Below are positions 19,356-31,178 of a stretch of DNA of 64,000 bases, one piece after another. The notes beneath the pieces are model-generated. The model was not told where the DNA came from, did not search any database, and saw only the letters and a program-made list of their open reading frames with translations. A program made the translations under genes and the position numbers. This stretch comes from Thermoplasmatota archaeon (GTDB taxonomy: Archaea > Thermoplasmatota > E2 > DHVEG-1 > B18-G2): assembly GCA_029259115.1 (NCBI GenBank), contig JAPDJO010000076.1, positions 1 through 64,000 of the forward strand, in the 5' to 3' direction. The number at the start of each line of letters is the position of its first letter. Within the stretch, counting starts at the first letter, position 1.

Positions 19356-20744
19356 TCAGACAAACAGAAGAGTCACATTGTCCCAAACAGAATTCCCATA
19401 TTTATCGTATGCCTTCGCCTCTATTCTATGTTCCCCCTTTAAATTCTTTTTAATTTTCCACTCGAACGGAGCAGAGGTAGCTGTATGCTCTAAGTTGCCA
19501 TCAAGATAAAATTCCACCTTTTTACCCCCCTCTACGTATGCTACTACTGTTATATCTCCAATAATAACCGTCTTACCGATTCTCGCTAAAATCCTTTCTA
19601 AAAGTTTCCCTGTTTTGATCTCTTTGTCATTTACATACAGCCTGTAAATCATTTTGCCTTGAGGTTTTGTTATAAAGACCATCAATTCGTTACATGGAGG
19701 AAGATCCTCATCTGGAACTTTTGCTAGCCATGCCACAACTCTTCTGTGAATCCACCAATTTTTACTCATGTTCAATGTTGTACCATTATACCAAGCGTAT
19801 ACTATTCTTGGAATGCCCAGGGTATTTCTTCCAAAGAACTCTTTTATGGTCCCATTTACCATTACAGGAATCTCAGGATGGGATGAAAGCAGAACAATTC
19901 TCCCACTATTGTTATATGTTGTTGCGATACCTGCAAATTGCCCTTTGATATCAGTCTTTATCACCCTATCCTTTATCCATCCTATCAAAGCTTTCTTCCA
20001 GAAATGTATAGGTTTAGTTTCCATTAGCTCCTCATTGTATATCAGAAGAGGTGTAATTTTACCTAATCTAGAGTCATTAGAATCTGCTATATACATTCCC
20101 GCGCCGCCGCCGTAAGAGATGTTAAATACATCCTTCTCAAAAGGTAGAAAAATTGGATTGTTAACTTCTCTATTTATTCTAACTTCTATTGGTATTTGAC
20201 CGAATCTTGGACTTACCCACTCAGACTCTTTCAACAAATATTGCAACTCCCCATCAAAGTCATCATTTAGATATATGTTAGCTATTCTGAGCACGCCTTT
20301 GTTCACCTCTTTTTCGAACCAATTATCGGGATTCTCATAACCCTGAGATGCCAAGAATGCTCCTGCACACACGCCATAAAAACCTTTTCCATCTGATAGG
20401 AATCTTTTAATAGCTTTCCTAAAATTTGGATTTTTCCCATCTTTGAGATATGATCTGTAGTTTGCTCCAGCGATAAAGACATCGTAATCCTTTAAAATGG
20501 AATAAAAGCCCTTAGATCTTACTTCTTCATAACTCAACTCGTGCACCTCGAATCTGTATGACTTGTTATGAATTCTCCAAGCATAATTTAGAGACAGTTT
20601 GAGAGATTCATCCGAACCCGTTCCTTTAGGGTAAATAGCAACCTTTATTATTCTCTCATTGAGATTTCCTGTGGAACTATGGACTATCAGTGTGGAGAAG
20701 ACGAAAGAGACGGCAATCAATAGAGATATTATCCTGATCCACAT
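19356..20744 (-). CDS. Secreted BPL-N/class I GATase-like hydrolase with C-terminal Ig-like domain
   Basis: Probable start MWIRIISLLIAVSF (20744, signal peptide); nucleophile elbow GVCAGA; SHPE; C-terminal KVEFYLDG..APFEW..HRIEAKAYD. Confidence 0.75.
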   Translation of the reverse strand: MWIRIISLLIAVSFVFSTLIVHSSTGNLNERIIKVAIYPKGTGSDESLKLSLNYAWRIHNKSYRFEVHELSYEEVRSKGFYSILKDYDVFIAGANYRSYLKDGKNPNFRKAIKRFLSDGKGFYGVCAGAFLASQGYENPDNWFEKEVNKGVLRIANIYLNDDFDGELQYLLKESEWVSPRFGQIPIEVRINREVNNPIFLPFEKDVFNISYGGGAGMYIADSNDSRLGKITPLLIYNEELMETKPIHFWKKALIGWIKDRVIKTDIKGQFAGIATTYNNSGRIVLLSSHPEIPVMVNGTIKEFFGRNTLGIPRIVYAWYNGTTLNMSKNWWIHRRVVAWLAKVPDEDLPPCNELMVFITKPQGKMIYRLYVNDKEIKTGKLLERILARIGKTVIIGDITVVAYVEGGKKVEFYLDGNLEHTATSAPFEWKIKKNLKGEHRIEAKAYDKYGNSVWDNVTLLFV

Positions 20745-20857
20745 ATCACTAATAATTTCTACTTGATTAAATATATATTTTATCATACAATTACTTTCAC
20801 AAGAGTTAAAACAAAAGATTTTTATATAATAAAAACCAATATAAATTTGGTGATCTA

Positions 20858-21295
20858 ATGAATGTAAGACTTGCAGTAACTGGGATGGTGATGATTTCCC
20901 TGATAATCTTTGCAGGTCTAGGAGTAGCAATGACCAAATCCAAAACAGAAGAAAAAGTTTCACCATTATATAAGATCAGAACACTTCAGTCAATAAAAGA
21001 AAAAGTCAGCACACTGAAAGCATCCTACTTAAGTAACAGAATCTTTGTTTGGTCACTGCTGAAATATTTACTTGAAAGATATAAGGAAAACCATCAAGAA
21101 TTTTCTACCGTGTGTTCCATATGTAAGACAAGAGGCTGCAGACTATCCCTACCACTGGATGATGGGAGAGAGGATCTATCAACGAGAGAATATTTCTGTA
21201 AAACATATGTAAAGTGCAAACCGCCAGTAGGCTTGCAGAACCATCAGATGATTTCTAGAGTAATAGCACCTTCATACTGCATAAAGTGCCTATAA
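20858..21295 (+). CDS. Small secreted Cys-rich precursor-like protein P4 (PLFxIR family)
   Basis: TATA-like box and GGTGAT SD; signal helix; KVSPLYKIRTLQSI..SYLSNRIFVWSLLKYL; tail with 7 Cys ending ISRVIAPSYCIKCL. Confidence 0.85.
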   Translation: MNVRLAVTGMVMISLIIFAGLGVAMTKSKTEEKVSPLYKIRTLQSIKEKVSTLKASYLSNRIFVWSLLKYLLERYKENHQEFSTVCSICKTRGCRLSLPLDDGREDLSTREYFCKTYVKCKPPVGLQNHQMISRVIAPSYCIKCL

Positions 21296-21413
21296 TTTAA
21301 TCAGGAGCAATTTCCTTACCTCTTTTGATCATCTCTTCAATTTGTGAATCATTTTATAAAATCAAATAGAAATTTTTATAGTACCAAAAACAAATATCAA
21401 ACTGGTGAGAACA

Positions 21414-21809
21414 ATGGATATGAAGTCTATAATTCTTGTGTCTATAATAATGGTATCCTTTCTATTTGCCAGCCTAGCAAATGCCTTCTCAACAGAACGC
21501 ACAGAGAAGAAAGTCTCACCCCTATTCAAAATCAGAACCCTACAATCTATAGAGGATAAGACTATCAATCTAAAGGTAGACCACCTAAAGGAAAGGATTT
21601 TCATTTGGTCACTACTGAAGTTCCTAATCGAGAACAGAGGAGAAGGGCGAATTTTAGAAGGATTCACTGTTACTTGGATATGCACATACAACTGTAAATC
21701 TGTATATACTCCTGTATGTCCAGGAATAACAAGGCATTCACAAATTCAACAACCTCTCATTTCCAGGGTTGCGACGACCCCATCATACTGTATAAAGTGT
21801 CCATCTTGA
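21414..21809 (+). CDS. Small secreted Cys-rich precursor-like protein P5 (tandem paralog of P4)
   Basis: GGTGAG SD then ATG 21414; signal peptide ending ANA; KVSPLFKIRTLQSI..HLKERIFIWSLLKFL; tail with 5 Cys ending ISRVATTPSYCIKCPS. Confidence 0.85.
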   Translation: MDMKSIILVSIIMVSFLFASLANAFSTERTEKKVSPLFKIRTLQSIEDKTINLKVDHLKERIFIWSLLKFLIENRGEGRILEGFTVTWICTYNCKSVYTPVCPGITRHSQIQQPLISRVATTPSYCIKCPS

Positions 21810-21867
21810 CAGAATTAAAACCTCTATTACCAGTCGCAATCTTTTAGATTAGAGAATCCATAAATGA

Positions 21868-22809
21868 ATGGTGTACGAACCAGAGAACAATCCAAAATAT
21901 ACCTTTATGGAAAAGAACCCTTCCTTTTATAGTAGATACTTGAACATAGATAACAGTGAGGCATTCTTCAATTACATGCTAAAACCGATAAAACCCTCTG
22001 TGAGAATAAATACTCTGAAAGCAGATATGGATGAGGTTGTCGAGAGACTAAGTGAAGATTTTGAACTTGATAATATAAAATGGTGCAAAGAAGGATTTTA
22101 CATAAATACAAACAATTTTGGAGGCATAATCGAGCATAGACTCGGCATAATATTCCCTCAAGAAGCAGCATCCATGATTCCAGCAAATTTAATGGAGCTA
22201 AGATCAAAGATGAAGGTTTTAGATTTATGTGCTGCGCCAGGCGCAAAGACTACGCAGATAGCTCAGTACATGGAAAATGAGGGATGTGTAATAGCAAACG
22301 ATCCAAATGCAAGAAGGATAAATATACTCATATCCAATCTCCAGAGATGCGGAGTTTTGATAACTAGGGTGACAAAGAAAGATGGTAGATACTTTTCCAG
22401 ATATGAGGAAAGATTCGATGCAGTTCTTGTCGATGCCCCTTGTAGCAATGTTGGAATGATAAGAAAGAACTTCAAGTATCTGAAGTTTTGGAGAGAGAAG
22501 GAAATAGGATATCTATCGAATTTGCAAAAATCTTTGATCTTGGCTGGATACAGGGCTTTGAAACCTGGAGGAATCTTGATCTATTCAACCTGCACTCTGG
22601 ATCCGTTGGAAAACGAAGAAGTCGTAAATCACTTGTTGGTGAATACTGATGCTGATATAGAGAGTATAGATCTCCCTATCAACAGAAGAGAACCTTTTCT
22701 CAAGTTTGAAGATAAAATTTATACGAGTGAGGTTAAAAGATGTTTGAGAATACATCCGCAGGATAATGATACAGAAGGCTTCTTTGTTGCAAAGATAAGA
22801 AAACCCTAG
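21868..22809 (+). CDS. RsmB/NOL1/NOP2 family RNA m5C methyltransferase
   Basis: VLDLCAAPGAKTTQ, VDAPCS, YSTCT, EGFFVAK. Confidence 0.92.
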   Translation: MVYEPENNPKYTFMEKNPSFYSRYLNIDNSEAFFNYMLKPIKPSVRINTLKADMDEVVERLSEDFELDNIKWCKEGFYINTNNFGGIIEHRLGIIFPQEAASMIPANLMELRSKMKVLDLCAAPGAKTTQIAQYMENEGCVIANDPNARRINILISNLQRCGVLITRVTKKDGRYFSRYEERFDAVLVDAPCSNVGMIRKNFKYLKFWREKEIGYLSNLQKSLILAGYRALKPGGILIYSTCTLDPLENEEVVNHLLVNTDADIESIDLPINRREPFLKFEDKIYTSEVKRCLRIHPQDNDTEGFFVAKIRKP

Positions 22810-22817
22810 GTGATAAG

Positions 22818-23261
22818 ATGAGCGAAACAAAGGAGAAGATAATGAAGTATCTAAGGGAGCAGTATGGTGTCGAAAATATAGACTTTGAAATTAAGGAAAA
22901 GGAGAATAAAAAGCTCTATGCCTTTAAGAAATGCGAGGATATAGATATTGAAGAGCATAGGCATTTCAATGGTTTGTACTTCGGTAGACTCTGTAAAGAT
23001 GGGTTAAGATTGTCTATAGAAGGTTCTTTCCTTATAGGAAGAATAGCGAAATATGGTGTAATTGATCTAAATAGAGAGGAAGCAGAGAGATGGTTATCTG
23101 GTGAAAATCTAAAAAGGAAGGAAAAAGGATACGTTATATTGAGATGGAGATCTTATTATCTGGGTTGTGGAAAAGGAGATGGAAAGATGATTAAGAATTT
23201 TGTACCAAAAGAGAGGAGGTTGACCCATGGAGATAAAAGAGTTTCAAAGAAAGATGCATGA
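22818..23261 (+). CDS. RsmF C-terminal/NIP7-PUA-like RNA-binding protein
   Basis: GLYFGR..GLRLSIEGSFLIG..WLSGENL..LGCG..NFVPKERR; follows the NOP2-family gene. Confidence 0.7.
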   Translation: MSETKEKIMKYLREQYGVENIDFEIKEKENKKLYAFKKCEDIDIEEHRHFNGLYFGRLCKDGLRLSIEGSFLIGRIAKYGVIDLNREEAERWLSGENLKRKEKGYVILRWRSYYLGCGKGDGKMIKNFVPKERRLTHGDKRVSKKDA

Positions 23262-23523
23262 GATTTATGGGGAAAGAGACAAAAAGAGAGGAATAGAGAA
23301 GACATACATGTGGGTAATAGAGGAAATAGGAGAGCTTGCTAGAGCGATAAGGAAATCGAATAGAGGAGAAATCGAGAACGAGTTTGCAGATGTCGTAGCC
23401 TGGATATTTTCTCTTGCAAATCTCCTTGAAATAGATATCGAGGATACACTCAAGAAATACGCTGCTGTCTGTCCAAAATGCAAGAAAAACCCATGCGGAT
23501 GTGAGGAGGGTTGGAAGAGTTAA
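23227..23523 (+). CDS. MazG-like nucleotide pyrophosphohydrolase
   Basis: [20 protein letters not shown]; C-terminal CPKC..PCGC. Confidence 0.85.
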   Translation: MEIKEFQRKMHEIYGERDKKRGIEKTYMWVIEEIGELARAIRKSNRGEIENEFADVVAWIFSLANLLEIDIEDTLKKYAAVCPKCKKNPCGCEEGWKS

Positions 23524-25931
23524 CTTTCCAATCTAGCTACACACACTATTTTGTCACCTTCTTTCAATCTCATTATCCTCACGCCAGCCGTATTTCTTCC
23601 CTGCCTCCTAATATCTTTTACTCTCATCCTTGATATCATTCCAGTCCTACTCAGGACCATTATTTCATCTTCTTCTTCGACAGATTTGGCAAATACAACT
23701 CTTCCATTCCTTTCATTCGTTATTATCGTCCTTACACCTTTGCTGCCTCTATGTGTTTTTCTGTAATCTTTTAATGCTGTTCTCTTCCCAAAGCCATTCT
23801 CTGTTATCGTTAGTATATCTTTATCATCTCTCGTTACATCTAAAGAGACAACCTCATCTCCTTCACTTAATCTTATACCTATAACTCCCATCGCATTTCT
23901 ACCCATAGGTCTTATCTCTTTTTCACTGAACCAGCTGGCTTGACCGTTTTTGCTGGCTATGAAAACATCATCACTCCCGCTTGATAGAATTACATCGACC
24001 AATTCATCCTCTCTAAGATCTATTGCTATTATACCATTCGATCTGATGTTTTTGAACAAATCAACCTTACATCTTTTTACTATCCCCTCCTTAGTCGCAA
24101 ATATCAGGTATCCTTCTTTTTCAAAGGATCTGAGAGGTATGGCTGTTATAACTTTCTCATCTTGATCAAGTTTCGGGAGGAGATTGATTATGGCTTTGCC
24201 CTTTGCTCTTCTCCCCCCTTCTGGAATTTCATAGCATTTTAGTCTGTACACTTTACCAAGATTTGTGAAAAATAGAATATAGTCATGGGTTGATGCCACA
24301 AACGATAGTTTAAGAAAGTCATCTTCCTTGGTTTCCATGCCTATTAGACCTACACCTCCCCTCCTCTGTGTCCTATACGCATCTATGGGCATCCTCTTGA
24401 TGTAACCTTGATGAGTAAATGTTACTATGACATCTTCTTCCTGAATAAGATCTTCTATCTTGAGTTCGCCTTCTTCCTCAACGATTTCTGTCCTTCTTTC
24501 ATCTCCAAATTTTTCTTTAATCTCTATGAGTTCTCTCTTTATCTCTTCGAGTATGTTTTTCTTATCACTCAAAAGCCAGTTCAATCTCTCAATCTCTTCC
24601 TTTGTACATTTATACTCTTCTTCTACATTCCTTCTTTCCATTCCTGTTAATCTTTGCAATCTCATATCGAGGATAGCCTTTGCCTGAATCTCAGATAAGG
24701 AAAATCTTTTCATTAGATTGTTTCTAGCTTCGTCTACACTTTCGCTCTTCTTTATTATGTCTATAACCTCATCTATGTTATCCAAAGCTATGAGGAAACC
24801 TTCAAGGATATGCAATCTCTCTTTAGCTTTTCTTAACAGGTATTTTGCTTTTCTTGTTATAACATCTACCCTATGTCTTACAAATGCCTGAATCATCTCT
24901 TTCAGGGAGAGAATTCTGGGTTCTCCATCGACTATTGCTAGATTCAGTATTCCAAAAGTTACTTGAAGCTGTGTATGCTGAAATAGCTGATTTAAGATAA
25001 TATCTGGTATGACATCCCTTCTTAGCTCTATAACGACTCTTAACCCTTCTCTATCACTCTCATCTCTTAGATCAGTTATCCCGTCTATCTTTCCATTTTT
25101 AACAAGATCGGCTATATGTTTCAGAAGATCAGATTTGTTAACCTGATAAGGTATCTCTGTTATGACTATCCTTTTCCTCTCTTCTCCCTCTATACTAACC
25201 TTTCCTCTAACTCTTATAAGCCCTCTTCCTGTTTCATATGCTTGCTTTATTCCGCTCTTACCACATATTACTCCACCAGTTGGGAAATCGGGTCCCCTTA
25301 TTATCTTCATGAGCTCATCTGTTTTTATCCTTGGATTATCAATAACAGCTATTATACCATCAACTATCTCACTCAGGTTGTGGGGAGGTATATTTGTAGC
25401 CATTCCTACAGCTATACCAGATGAACCATTCACCAGAAGATTTGGAAATTTTGCAGGTAAAACCTCGGGTTCTTTCAAGGTTCCATCAAAATTATCTCTC
25501 CAATCAACCGTATCCTTATCTATATCTTCTATCATCATCTCTGCAATCTCGTTTAATCTCACTTCTGTGTATCTCATCGCCGCAGGAGCGTCGCCATCAA
25601 CACTTCCAAAGTTACCCTGTCCATCTATCAGAGGATATCTGAGAGAAAAATCCTGAGCCATTCTTACTAAAGCGTCATAAACAGCTTGATCTCCATGAGG
25701 ATGATACTTTCCAAGAACTTCTCCAACAACTCTTGCGGATTTTTTAAAAGGTTTATCGTGATGTAGCCCCATTTCACTCATTGCATAGAGAATTCTTCTA
25801 TGTACAGGCTTAAGACCGTCTCTGACATCTGGTAAGGCTCTACTCATTATGACACTCATTGAGTAATCGATAAAGCACCTCTTCATCTCGTTCTCTATTG
25901 TTCTAACGATGACATCTCCTATATTTTCCAT
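23520..25931 (-). CDS. gyrA: DNA gyrase subunit A
   Basis: [29 protein letters not shown], GyrA-box-like QRRGGVG, beta-pinwheel repeats. Confidence 0.97.
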   Translation of the reverse strand: MENIGDVIVRTIENEMKRCFIDYSMSVIMSRALPDVRDGLKPVHRRILYAMSEMGLHHDKPFKKSARVVGEVLGKYHPHGDQAVYDALVRMAQDFSLRYPLIDGQGNFGSVDGDAPAAMRYTEVRLNEIAEMMIEDIDKDTVDWRDNFDGTLKEPEVLPAKFPNLLVNGSSGIAVGMATNIPPHNLSEIVDGIIAVIDNPRIKTDELMKIIRGPDFPTGGVICGKSGIKQAYETGRGLIRVRGKVSIEGEERKRIVITEIPYQVNKSDLLKHIADLVKNGKIDGITDLRDESDREGLRVVIELRRDVIPDIILNQLFQHTQLQVTFGILNLAIVDGEPRILSLKEMIQAFVRHRVDVITRKAKYLLRKAKERLHILEGFLIALDNIDEVIDIIKKSESVDEARNNLMKRFSLSEIQAKAILDMRLQRLTGMERRNVEEEYKCTKEEIERLNWLLSDKKNILEEIKRELIEIKEKFGDERRTEIVEEEGELKIEDLIQEEDVIVTFTHQGYIKRMPIDAYRTQRRGGVGLIGMETKEDDFLKLSFVASTHDYILFFTNLGKVYRLKCYEIPEGGRRAKGKAIINLLPKLDQDEKVITAIPLRSFEKEGYLIFATKEGIVKRCKVDLFKNIRSNGIIAIDLREDELVDVILSSGSDDVFIASKNGQASWFSEKEIRPMGRNAMGVIGIRLSEGDEVVSLDVTRDDKDILTITENGFGKRTALKDYRKTHRGSKGVRTIITNERNGRVVFAKSVEEEDEIMVLSRTGMISRMRVKDIRRQGRNTAGVRIMRLKEGDKIVCVARLES

Positions 25932-25939
25932 AAGATCAC

Positions 25940-27877
<1,938 letters not shown>

Positions 27878-27986
27878 CTACACCTTTACATCCCATCGGG
27901 AGATAAAACCCATATAAGGTATTTACTAATAAATGTTCTCCTTATATAGTATCTAGCTAGAAAGATTAAAGATTGCAGAAACCTTT

Positions 27987-29222
27987 TTGATTTTAGGTAT
28001 ACGGATGTTGATAAACGCAGATCTCCACATACACTCCAGATTCTCCGGAGCAACAAGCAGCTCGATGACAATAAAAAGACTAGCAGAGTCAGCTCCCAAA
28101 AAGGGGATAGATGTTCTTGCTACTGGAGACTGCTTGCATAGGGAATGGCAAAAAGAAATCAGAGAGTGCAAAAAGATAGATGATGGAACATTTGAGATGG
28201 GAAAGACAAGATTCATATTAAGCACAGAGGTTGAGGATAAAAACAGGGTGCATCACCTCCTTTATTTTCCATCATTTTCCCAAGTTGAAGAATTTAGGAA
28301 GAGAATAGAAAAGTTTTCCAACAATTTAGATGCGGATGGTAGACCAAAGTTAAAAATCGATGGAGAAGAGATTGCACAGATAGCAAAAGATCTGGATGTA
28401 CTGATAGGGCCAGCACATGCTTTCACTCCATGGACAGCGATATACGCTTATCATAACTCCTTGAAAGATTGCTATAGAGACCTTTCAGAATATGTTTCTT
28501 TCCTAGAACTAGGATTGAGTGCAGATTCAGACTATGCTGACAGGATATCTGAACTTCATAGACTGACGTTTCTGACAAATTCAGATTCTCATAGTCCACA
28601 TCCAGTGAGATTGGCTAGAGAATTCAATAGGATGGAGGTTAGCGATGTGACATTCGACGAGATAAGAAAAGCCATACTGAGATTGGGAGGAAATAAGGTG
28701 ATTCTCAACGTTGGCCTTCCTCCTCAGGAAGGAAAATACAATGAAACAGCCTGCATAAAGTGTTACAGACATTACACATTAGAAGAAGCAATAAGTAGGA
28801 GATGGAAGTGCGTATGCGGGGGAAGGATAAAGAAAGGGGTAAAGGACAGGGTTAGAGAACTAGCAGATCTAGATGAGCCTAAACATCCAAATCATAGACC
28901 ACCTTATCTCCATATAATTCCTCTTTCTGAGATCATAGCAAAGGCCATAGGACAAAGTAGTGTATTTACAAAAAAGGTTAGTGATATATGGGAGAGTCTT
29001 GTATCGGAGTTTGGTAGCGAAGTAAGAATACTCGTAGATGCTGATATAAGGGAGATAGCAAAATATAGTAATCTTGCGGTTGCAGAGGCTATAAAGCTAT
29101 TTAGAGAAGGAAAAGTGAAGATAATTCCCGGTGGCGGCGGCAGGTATGGTGTAATAGAACTCTCTCCTTCAGATTCAGACCCTATAACTTTTAATCAGCA
29201 GAAAAGTTTACTTGACTTCTAA
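27987..29222 (+). CDS. endoQ: Endonuclease Q / TIGR00375 PHP-domain protein
   Basis: DLHIHSRFS, GPAHAFTPW, NSDSHS, CxxC..CxCGG zinc finger, PGGGGRYG, C-terminal PIP-like QKSLLDF; start may be about 28005. Confidence 0.85.
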   Translation: MILGIRMLINADLHIHSRFSGATSSSMTIKRLAESAPKKGIDVLATGDCLHREWQKEIRECKKIDDGTFEMGKTRFILSTEVEDKNRVHHLLYFPSFSQVEEFRKRIEKFSNNLDADGRPKLKIDGEEIAQIAKDLDVLIGPAHAFTPWTAIYAYHNSLKDCYRDLSEYVSFLELGLSADSDYADRISELHRLTFLTNSDSHSPHPVRLAREFNRMEVSDVTFDEIRKAILRLGGNKVILNVGLPPQEGKYNETACIKCYRHYTLEEAISRRWKCVCGGRIKKGVKDRVRELADLDEPKHPNHRPPYLHIIPLSEIIAKAIGQSSVFTKKVSDIWESLVSEFGSEVRILVDADIREIAKYSNLAVAEAIKLFREGKVKIIPGGGGRYGVIELSPSDSDPITFNQQKSLLDF

Positions 29223-29688
29223 GATGAGGATATCGAAATTGAGAGAGGAGGACTTCAGGAAAAGGCTCGGAGAAATCATAGATGTGTATCTCGACGGATA
29301 TGCAGATGTGAAAGAGTATGCTTACCATAAAAGAAGAGATGTAAAGAATTATGTTAAATGGCTTTATAGATGCGATCCAGATGCATTTATTGTTGCCTTT
29401 GAAGAGGACAGCATTATAGGATTCGTAGCCGGAGCTAAAAACTGGTGGGATAGAGTTTATGGAGATATAGGAGAGATTCATGAGTTAGTCGTCAAAAGAG
29501 ATTCTCGAGGTAAGGGTGTAGGAAAGAAAATCCTCGAAGAGGAGATAAGACTCCTGGAAGAGAAAAACAAAATCATCGGGTTGTGGGTTGGGGAGAAGAA
29601 TTACAGAGCTATAAAATTCTACGAAAGGTTTGGATTTGAAACAGTTGGAAAGGTGGGTGTATGGCTGAGAATGATAAGAAAAAGTTAG
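29212..29688 (+). CDS. GNAT family N-acetyltransferase
   Basis: RGKGVGK, NYRAIKFYERFGF. Confidence 0.85.
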   Translation: MTSKMRISKLREEDFRKRLGEIIDVYLDGYADVKEYAYHKRRDVKNYVKWLYRCDPDAFIVAFEEDSIIGFVAGAKNWWDRVYGDIGEIHELVVKRDSRGKGVGKKILEEEIRLLEEKNKIIGLWVGEKNYRAIKFYERFGFETVGKVGVWLRMIRKS

Positions 29689-30728
29689 AAGAGATTTTAA
29701 AGAAACTGATATCGATAAAAAGCAAGACCGGAGAAGAAAATAAGATAATAGATTTCCTAGAGGATTACCTAACAGATATAGGATTAGAAGTTGAAAGAGA
29801 ACGTATAGATCACAGGGAGAACATCTTCGCTTACCGAGGAAAGCCAAAATATCTCATAGCCACTCATGTCGATACAGTACCAGCATGGGGATTCAGGAAA
29901 GCTTTTTCTCCTAAAACACTCAAAGGAAAAGTTTATGGTAGAGGAGCTGTAGATACAAAGGGGCAGATATCACCTTTACTTCTAGCCTTAGAAAAGACAA
30001 AGGAATCATGCGCGATAGCCTTTTTTGTTGATGAGGAGAAAGATGCTAAAGGCTCAGAGAAATTTAATCCAAAATTCAAATTTGATGGAGCTTTGATTCT
30101 AGAACCAACAAATTTCAAGATATCTACCATGCAAGCCGGAAGCATAGAGATTTATTTAGAGGTTAGAGGAACAAGCTCGCATGGTGCTGTACCAAGGAAA
30201 GGAAGGAGTGCTATAGATAATTTCATAGAAATCTATAGGAAATTGAAATGCCTGGATCACATAAAGAACAGACCAAAATTTTTCAGAGATTCTGGAGTAA
30301 ATCTTGGGTGGATAAGAGGAGGAGTTGACTGTCAGATTGTTCCTAAAGTTTGTAGAGGGGAGATCGATATACCTATCTTTCCAGATGATGATATGGAGAA
30401 GATTAAGAGAGAAATCGAGGATATAGTCAAAAGGCATGATGCGAAAATGGAGATAAAGACATTTGATAAACCATTCAAGATTTCAAAGAGCGAAAAGATT
30501 GTTAAATTCCTTGAGAAATCAATAAGAGGAATAAAAAGAGTAGAGTATTCTGGTATGCCAGCATGGACTGATGCTGCAAACTTGATAGAGAAAAGCATTC
30601 CGTCGGTTGTTTTTGGTGCTGGAGATCTATCTTTAGCTCACACTGAGAGAGAGAACATAAGAATCAAGGATATGGTAGATTTATACATGATATTGAAGAG
30701 ATTTATAGAACTATCAGAGAAATACTAG
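29661..30728 (+). CDS. M20/ArgE/DapE family metallo-amidohydrolase
   Basis: THVDTV, GRGAVDTKG, DEE, EPT, G.SSHG, AHT..E. Confidence 0.88.
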   Translation: MAENDKKKLEEILKKLISIKSKTGEENKIIDFLEDYLTDIGLEVERERIDHRENIFAYRGKPKYLIATHVDTVPAWGFRKAFSPKTLKGKVYGRGAVDTKGQISPLLLALEKTKESCAIAFFVDEEKDAKGSEKFNPKFKFDGALILEPTNFKISTMQAGSIEIYLEVRGTSSHGAVPRKGRSAIDNFIEIYRKLKCLDHIKNRPKFFRDSGVNLGWIRGGVDCQIVPKVCRGEIDIPIFPDDDMEKIKREIEDIVKRHDAKMEIKTFDKPFKISKSEKIVKFLEKSIRGIKRVEYSGMPAWTDAANLIEKSIPSVVFGAGDLSLAHTERENIRIKDMVDLYMILKRFIELSEKY

Positions 30729-31138
30729 TCTTCTATTTCAATCTCCCATTTAATATCTGCAACCTTCCTGAGCATCGCTGAGACAGAGCAATATCTCTCT
30801 TGAGATAGTCTGATAGCCTTTTCTATCTTATCTCTGGGTAGATCTTTGCCTTTGAATTTATACTTCAATTCTATCTTTGTAAAAACCTTCGGATGATCCT
30901 CTGTTCTATCAGCGTTAATCTCTATTTCAAAAGAATCGTATTTTACCTTCATCTTAGATAGTATTGAAACCACATCCATACCCGTGCATCCACCAAGAGC
31001 AATAAGTACAGCTTCCATAGGTTTTACAGCTGCATTAAAACCTCCAAACTTTTCATCTCCATCCATGACCATCCAATGGCTACTATCTGCTTTTCCTACA
31101 AATGTTAGACCTTTTACATTTACTATCTTTGCCTTCAT
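30725..31138 (-). CDS. OsmC family protein
   Basis: PMEAVLIALGGCTGMDV, YCSVS; probable start MKAKIV at 31138. Confidence 0.9.
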   Translation of the reverse strand: MKAKIVNVKGLTFVGKADSSHWMVMDGDEKFGGFNAAVKPMEAVLIALGGCTGMDVVSILSKMKVKYDSFEIEINADRTEDHPKVFTKIELKYKFKGKDLPRDKIEKAIRLSQERYCSVSAMLRKVADIKWEIEIED

Positions 31139-31178
31139 GGAGAAACCAAAAGAGAAGCGTAGCTTAAACTTTTTCCAA

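Noticed and set aside
20745-20966. ORF-track 5' extensions (e.g. 19356-20966, 39730-41541, 41309 start, 45573-46601)
   Set aside because: They overlap divergent genes or promoters. Downstream starts with signal peptides, SD motifs or family-typical N-termini fit better.
11883-21809. Diversity-generating retroelement as the source of the variable tails
   Set aside because: No reverse transcriptase is present, and no template/variable repeat pair differing only at adenines was seen.
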